A stretch of 64,000 nucleotides of DNA, taken from positions 372,001 to 436,000 of the forward strand of contig MCFH01000010.1 in assembly GCA_002104945.1 (NCBI GenBank), written 5' to 3'. The notes beneath the pieces are model-generated. The model worked only from the letters and a program-made list of their open reading frames with translations, was not told the DNA's origin and did not search any database. The position numbers and the translations under genes were made by a program. This stretch comes from Piromyces finnis finn (Eukaryota; Fungi; Neocallimastigomycota). Positions 59,576 to 64,000 of this stretch are shown piece after piece (position 1 is the stretch's first letter; each line of letters opens with the position of its first letter).

Positions 59576-61380
59576 TTATGCCCATATTCCAACAATTGCC
59601 ATAGCAGCACAACCCATATAAAATGAACATAATTGAATAAATTTACTAAATCTACTCATATTATTCCATTGCTTTGATGATGTATAATTATATAAAATAT
59701 TTACTAAAGAATCATAAATTAAAAGACCTGCAGCTACGGAATCCAATACGCCTTGAACACTAGTCATTATTTTAAGATTACTTTTATTAAAATTATAGAT
59801 TATTAAGCCACCAACACCACCTAGAGGCATAGTTAGGGTATAAAAGATGACCATAAAAATTAATGAAGAAAAATTTTTAAATTTAGCTTCAATAACTACT
59901 GTTGATAATGCAATACCCTTTTTTTTTAAAAAAAAAAAATAAAATAAAATAAAAAATGAAAATATTTGAATTATAAATTATATGTTAGAATTAATAGAAT
60001 GAAAAAATGGATATATAATTATAAAATTATGGAATTACCCCTACTTACCTCAAAGAATTGATGTATCATTAATGCAATAAGCAAGAAATTTATATCATTA
60101 TCAAAATTTGTTCCAAATGCAAAACCAATTAATATTGAATGTAAAGAAACACCAATTTCTAATAAATAACTAACAATTTGTTTATCAGTGGTTAGGAATA
60201 AGGCTTCAGAATGGCAACCTTTATTATCTAAATTTTCATGATAAAGTTCATTTTGAGTAGAATTGTAATTATTATAATTATCTATTATTTTAATATTATA
60301 ATTAATTAAAATTTTGTTAATAATAATTAAAAATTAAAAATATATTAAATAATTATTATAAAGTATCCACGAAAAATGAAAAAAAAAGAAAAGGATTTAC
60401 TTGACTCTTCTTCCTTAATTTCTATATCTTTATTTTTACCTTGAGATAGTAATGAATCTGTTTCTGTTGAAGATGAATGAATCGAACCATTAAGTAAATT
60501 TGAATTTGAATGATGATCTAATAGATATTTTAACATTGGAATATTAAAGCAATATTATTAATATCTATTTTTGGATCAAATTTTGTAAAAAAAAAAAAAG
60601 GTTATATAACAGCAATTGTATAAATCTGACATTTACCTTCAATTTCATTATAATTTGTCTCTTTATTTTTATTATTAAAATAATCTTTAACAATAACTTG
60701 TATACCATGACTAAGTATAATTCCTAATACTGCAAAAACACCCGAAAATGAATCATAATTTTCTTTGAAAATATCAGGAGCATCATCTCCAGATAACATT
60801 TTATCAGCCGGTGATAACATATGAACAAATGCAACTGTAACAATTACACCTGTACCAAACATTTTTAATGAATTAAATAATGTACTTTTAACTGAAAAAA
60901 ACGACCTTTTTATTTTAATATATATAAGAATGTATGCATGTATTAAAAAATTAGTATATTAGAAAGAGTATTTTTAGCGTATTAATTATTTTTTTTTTTT
61001 TTTTTGTATTTACTTTTTTTTTAATAATATTGGAAATAGTGTTCCACAACCAGACGATACAATAATTAATAGTAGTCCATAGAGATGAAAGGGTACTCCA
61101 TATTTAGTATCATCTTTTGTATCTATTTCTATTAAAGAATTAGACATGTAAGAAAATATTAATATATTTCAAAAATAGAAAATATGAATTAAAAATTGAA
61201 ATTCCTTAATTATTCAAATTTTTTTCTTTCTTTTTTATTATTTTTGAAGAATTTTTATGATTTGTTTTAATTACATTTTAAAAGATATATACCTTTACTT
61301 TTATCATTAGCTATTGCTCTGGTATATACATATGGAATAAATAACAGAGCCGAGAGTATGTTTCTTATTGATATAATCAT
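59576..61380 (-). CDS. ZIP-family (Zrt/Irt-like) divalent metal transporter
   Basis: MFGTGVIVTVAFVHML, LLEIGVSLHSILIG, LMIHQFFE|GIAL and AAGLLIYDSLV. An upstream exon (61380 to about 61293) encodes a signal-peptide-like sequence and splices in phase. Confidence 0.92.
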
Positions 61381-63186
61381 TTTTTGAATTATTATAATGG
61401 TATTCGTAATGAGTTTTATATTACTTTATTATGCAAATATTATGTTTTAAAAAAATAAAGAGCTAAAATTTTATACTATTTTTTTTTATATACTAAAGTT
61501 TCAATTGTTTCATATACTACAATTGTTGAAGCTTTTCTATTTTATCTATCTATATATAAATATTTACAATTTGTTTTGATGTTTTATACTATTATTTTAT
61601 AAAATATATTCTTTTTAACAAACAAACAAACAAACAAAAAATCTTTTTTTTTTATGTATTTATATATAATAATCAAAAAATATATATTATTTTCTTTAGT
61701 TTCTTTTTATTATTGACAAGATAACTAATGTTCATTTTTATTTTTACTTTAACCATCCATTATATATTCTTCTTGTCCTTTTTTATATACAATTAAATAA
61801 TCACACTTTTAATATAAAAATGTCACCATTTAAAAAAATAAGATCATTTATTATATATTAGAATGTATAATTATTATATTAATTTAAATATATTATAATA
61901 TATTATATATAGAAATTAAATGATACCTAAATTAAAGAATTGGTAATTATTACTAATTTAAAACTAAGAATTAGCAATAAATTAAATTATTATTTTCACG
62001 TGTACATAAGAATAATCATCTGACAAGTTTCTTGATATATGTTTCTTTTATGTTGTAGCAATTTAATATTATTTTATTTATAATTTATTATATTAGATGA
62101 ATATATTTTATTATTTCATTCTTCTAACAATTTCACTTCTTTAATTATTATATTTAATTATTAATTATAAAGCCTCTTCTAATGAATTATTGAGCATGAA
62201 TGGTATAGGAATGAATAAATATTAATATATAATATTAATATATGAGAATGTAATGAAATATGTACATCTATTCTATAATTAATATATAACTAATGTATTA
62301 TAATATATATCAATTATATTATTATTATTATTATGAAATATTTGATATAAATTTTTAAATCTGAAATTGACTATTTTAAATAATAAAAATTATTTTAAAT
62401 AGGACTAAAGGGTAGCTAGACATATGAGTTTCATATCATTCTTTATGGTTCAATTTTATGATTATTAGAAAAATAAATATTGACATAGAACACCATTTAA
62501 ATATAAAAATATTAATTTTAATTACCATTAAACCTTAAAAATTTTAAACTACGAGTTTTTGAGGAAATAATTGGATAATATTTTTTTTTTTTTTTTTTTA
62601 TCTTTATTATCACCATAAAAGAAATGAAATCTTAAAAAAAAAAAAACCAAGATTTATAGTATTTTACTATTTTATTACTTTGGAAATTACTTTTTTTTTT
62701 TATTAATGTTTTATTCTTCAATAAATAGTATTTATATATATTTTTTTACTTTTATTTTCAATAATTTAATATTGAATTTCTATTAGAAACGTTGTTTCTA
62801 TTTCCAATAATTTAGTTTATGAATTAATTATTTCTAATGTTATTTTTAATTTTTATATTTATACTAAATATTATTAAAAATTTTACTTCTAAAATGTATT
62901 AAATTATCATCATTAGAATAATAATAACAACAATAAAAATTAAAATAAATCTTGCAATTTATTACTTTATATTGATTTTTTTTTTTTTTTTTTTTTTTCA
63001 ATATTATTATGTGAAGGAAAAAATGATTAAAAAAAAAAAAAAAAAAGATGGGAATTATGAGGTTATTCAATTTAATCATTTTCACTGTATATAGTATATA
63101 AATAATAATTTAAATTAAATATAAATTAGTAAAAATTTTTTATTATTAAAATAAATTTTTATTATTTATTCATTTAGTTTAAAAAA

Positions 63187-63885
63187 TTACTTTTTTAATA
63201 GTTTTAATAGATTATTAAGATATTGTGGATAAGAAGGAGCATATTCATGTCTATCTTCAATAAGATTTGCAAAGAAACTACGCTTTAATAATTTCTGACT
63301 ATTTTCTTTAACAATGTATAGAATTGGATAGCAATTGCCACACAATAAATGATGACTTCTAATCTTATTTATTAATTTATGTATTATGAGAGAATATTCA
63401 TCTTGTGGTTTTGGTAATTCCATCTTTTAATTATTATAATAAAGATATTTTAATATATATTAAATTTTATCTTTTTTTTTTTAATAGAAAATAAATTTAT
63501 ATTATATAATAAAGGATAATTTATCAAAAAACTATAAAAAAAATACCTTTCCTGATAAAATTGAATCATAGTTCTTATTGAAAAGGGATTGAAGAATTTC
63601 TGGTTTACAATTTTTACCAATCCATATAAATAAATTTAATCCATTATCAATAAGATATATGCCACTGCCTTCAATACGATCGCTACATAAATTTTGTGCA
63701 TTTGGGAAATTAATAGATTCCTTAATATCCTCTATTGGCTTACCAACTTTAGAATTCAAATTATCAAGACGGTAAAACCTTGGTATTACCATATTTATTA
63801 CACTATTAATTGATTTTGAATAGAGCTGATTTAATACATAGGATTTCATATCGATAGATGATAATTTACTATTACAAATAGCCTC
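63187..63885 (-). CDS. SEC24: SEC24 COPII subunit, C-terminal exons (gene continues beyond the window)
   Basis: PRFYRL...QNLCSDRIEGSGIYLIDNGLNLFIWIGK (gelsolin-like domain) and FFANLIEDR...SYPQYL, both typical of the Sec24 C-terminus. Confidence 0.9.
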
Positions 63886-64000
63886 CTATTAAAGAATTAT
63901 TATTATAGATATAAAATGAATAGTTATAATTTAAAATATTTACCAAATATATGTATTATGGAAATAAAATATAAATTGATTTTAATACATTATTTAATAA

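Noticed and set aside
61990-62545. Zap1-type ZRE or CACGTG box upstream of the ZIP gene
   Set aside because: No full ACCTTNAAGGT match; a single E-box hexamer is expected by chance.

Overview
Extremely AT-rich, intron-rich eukaryotic DNA, most consistent with an anaerobic gut fungus (Neocallimastigomycota); this is inferred from base composition, poly-A/T intron style and fungal-type genes such as PKR1. Splicing by hand supports about 14 protein-coding genes: a signal-anchored class I SAM methyltransferase, a PB1-domain TFG-like protein, RPA34, MCM2, a ~1,440-aa coiled-coil protein, an 821-aa multi-dsRBD protein of unknown function, a PP2A B'' subunit, NUDT5/YSA1, a two-CxxC protein, a thioredoxin-fold type I membrane protein, MTMR14, PKR1, NASP/Hif1 and a ZIP transporter, plus the 3' end of SEC24. 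A ~4 kb retroelement graveyard (about 26,340-30,100) holds a dead LINE with an internally inverted RT segment, a second LINE 3' end and a structured repeat island. Most notable: (1) a U12-type AT-AC minor-spliceosome intron in NASP; (2) the multi-dsRBD gene followed by a perfect 46-bp inverted repeat and a convergent LINE; (3) several genes best known from animals (TFG, MTMR14, PP2A B''). No tRNA, rRNA or CRISPR array was seen. Gene models are manual and unverified by transcripts.
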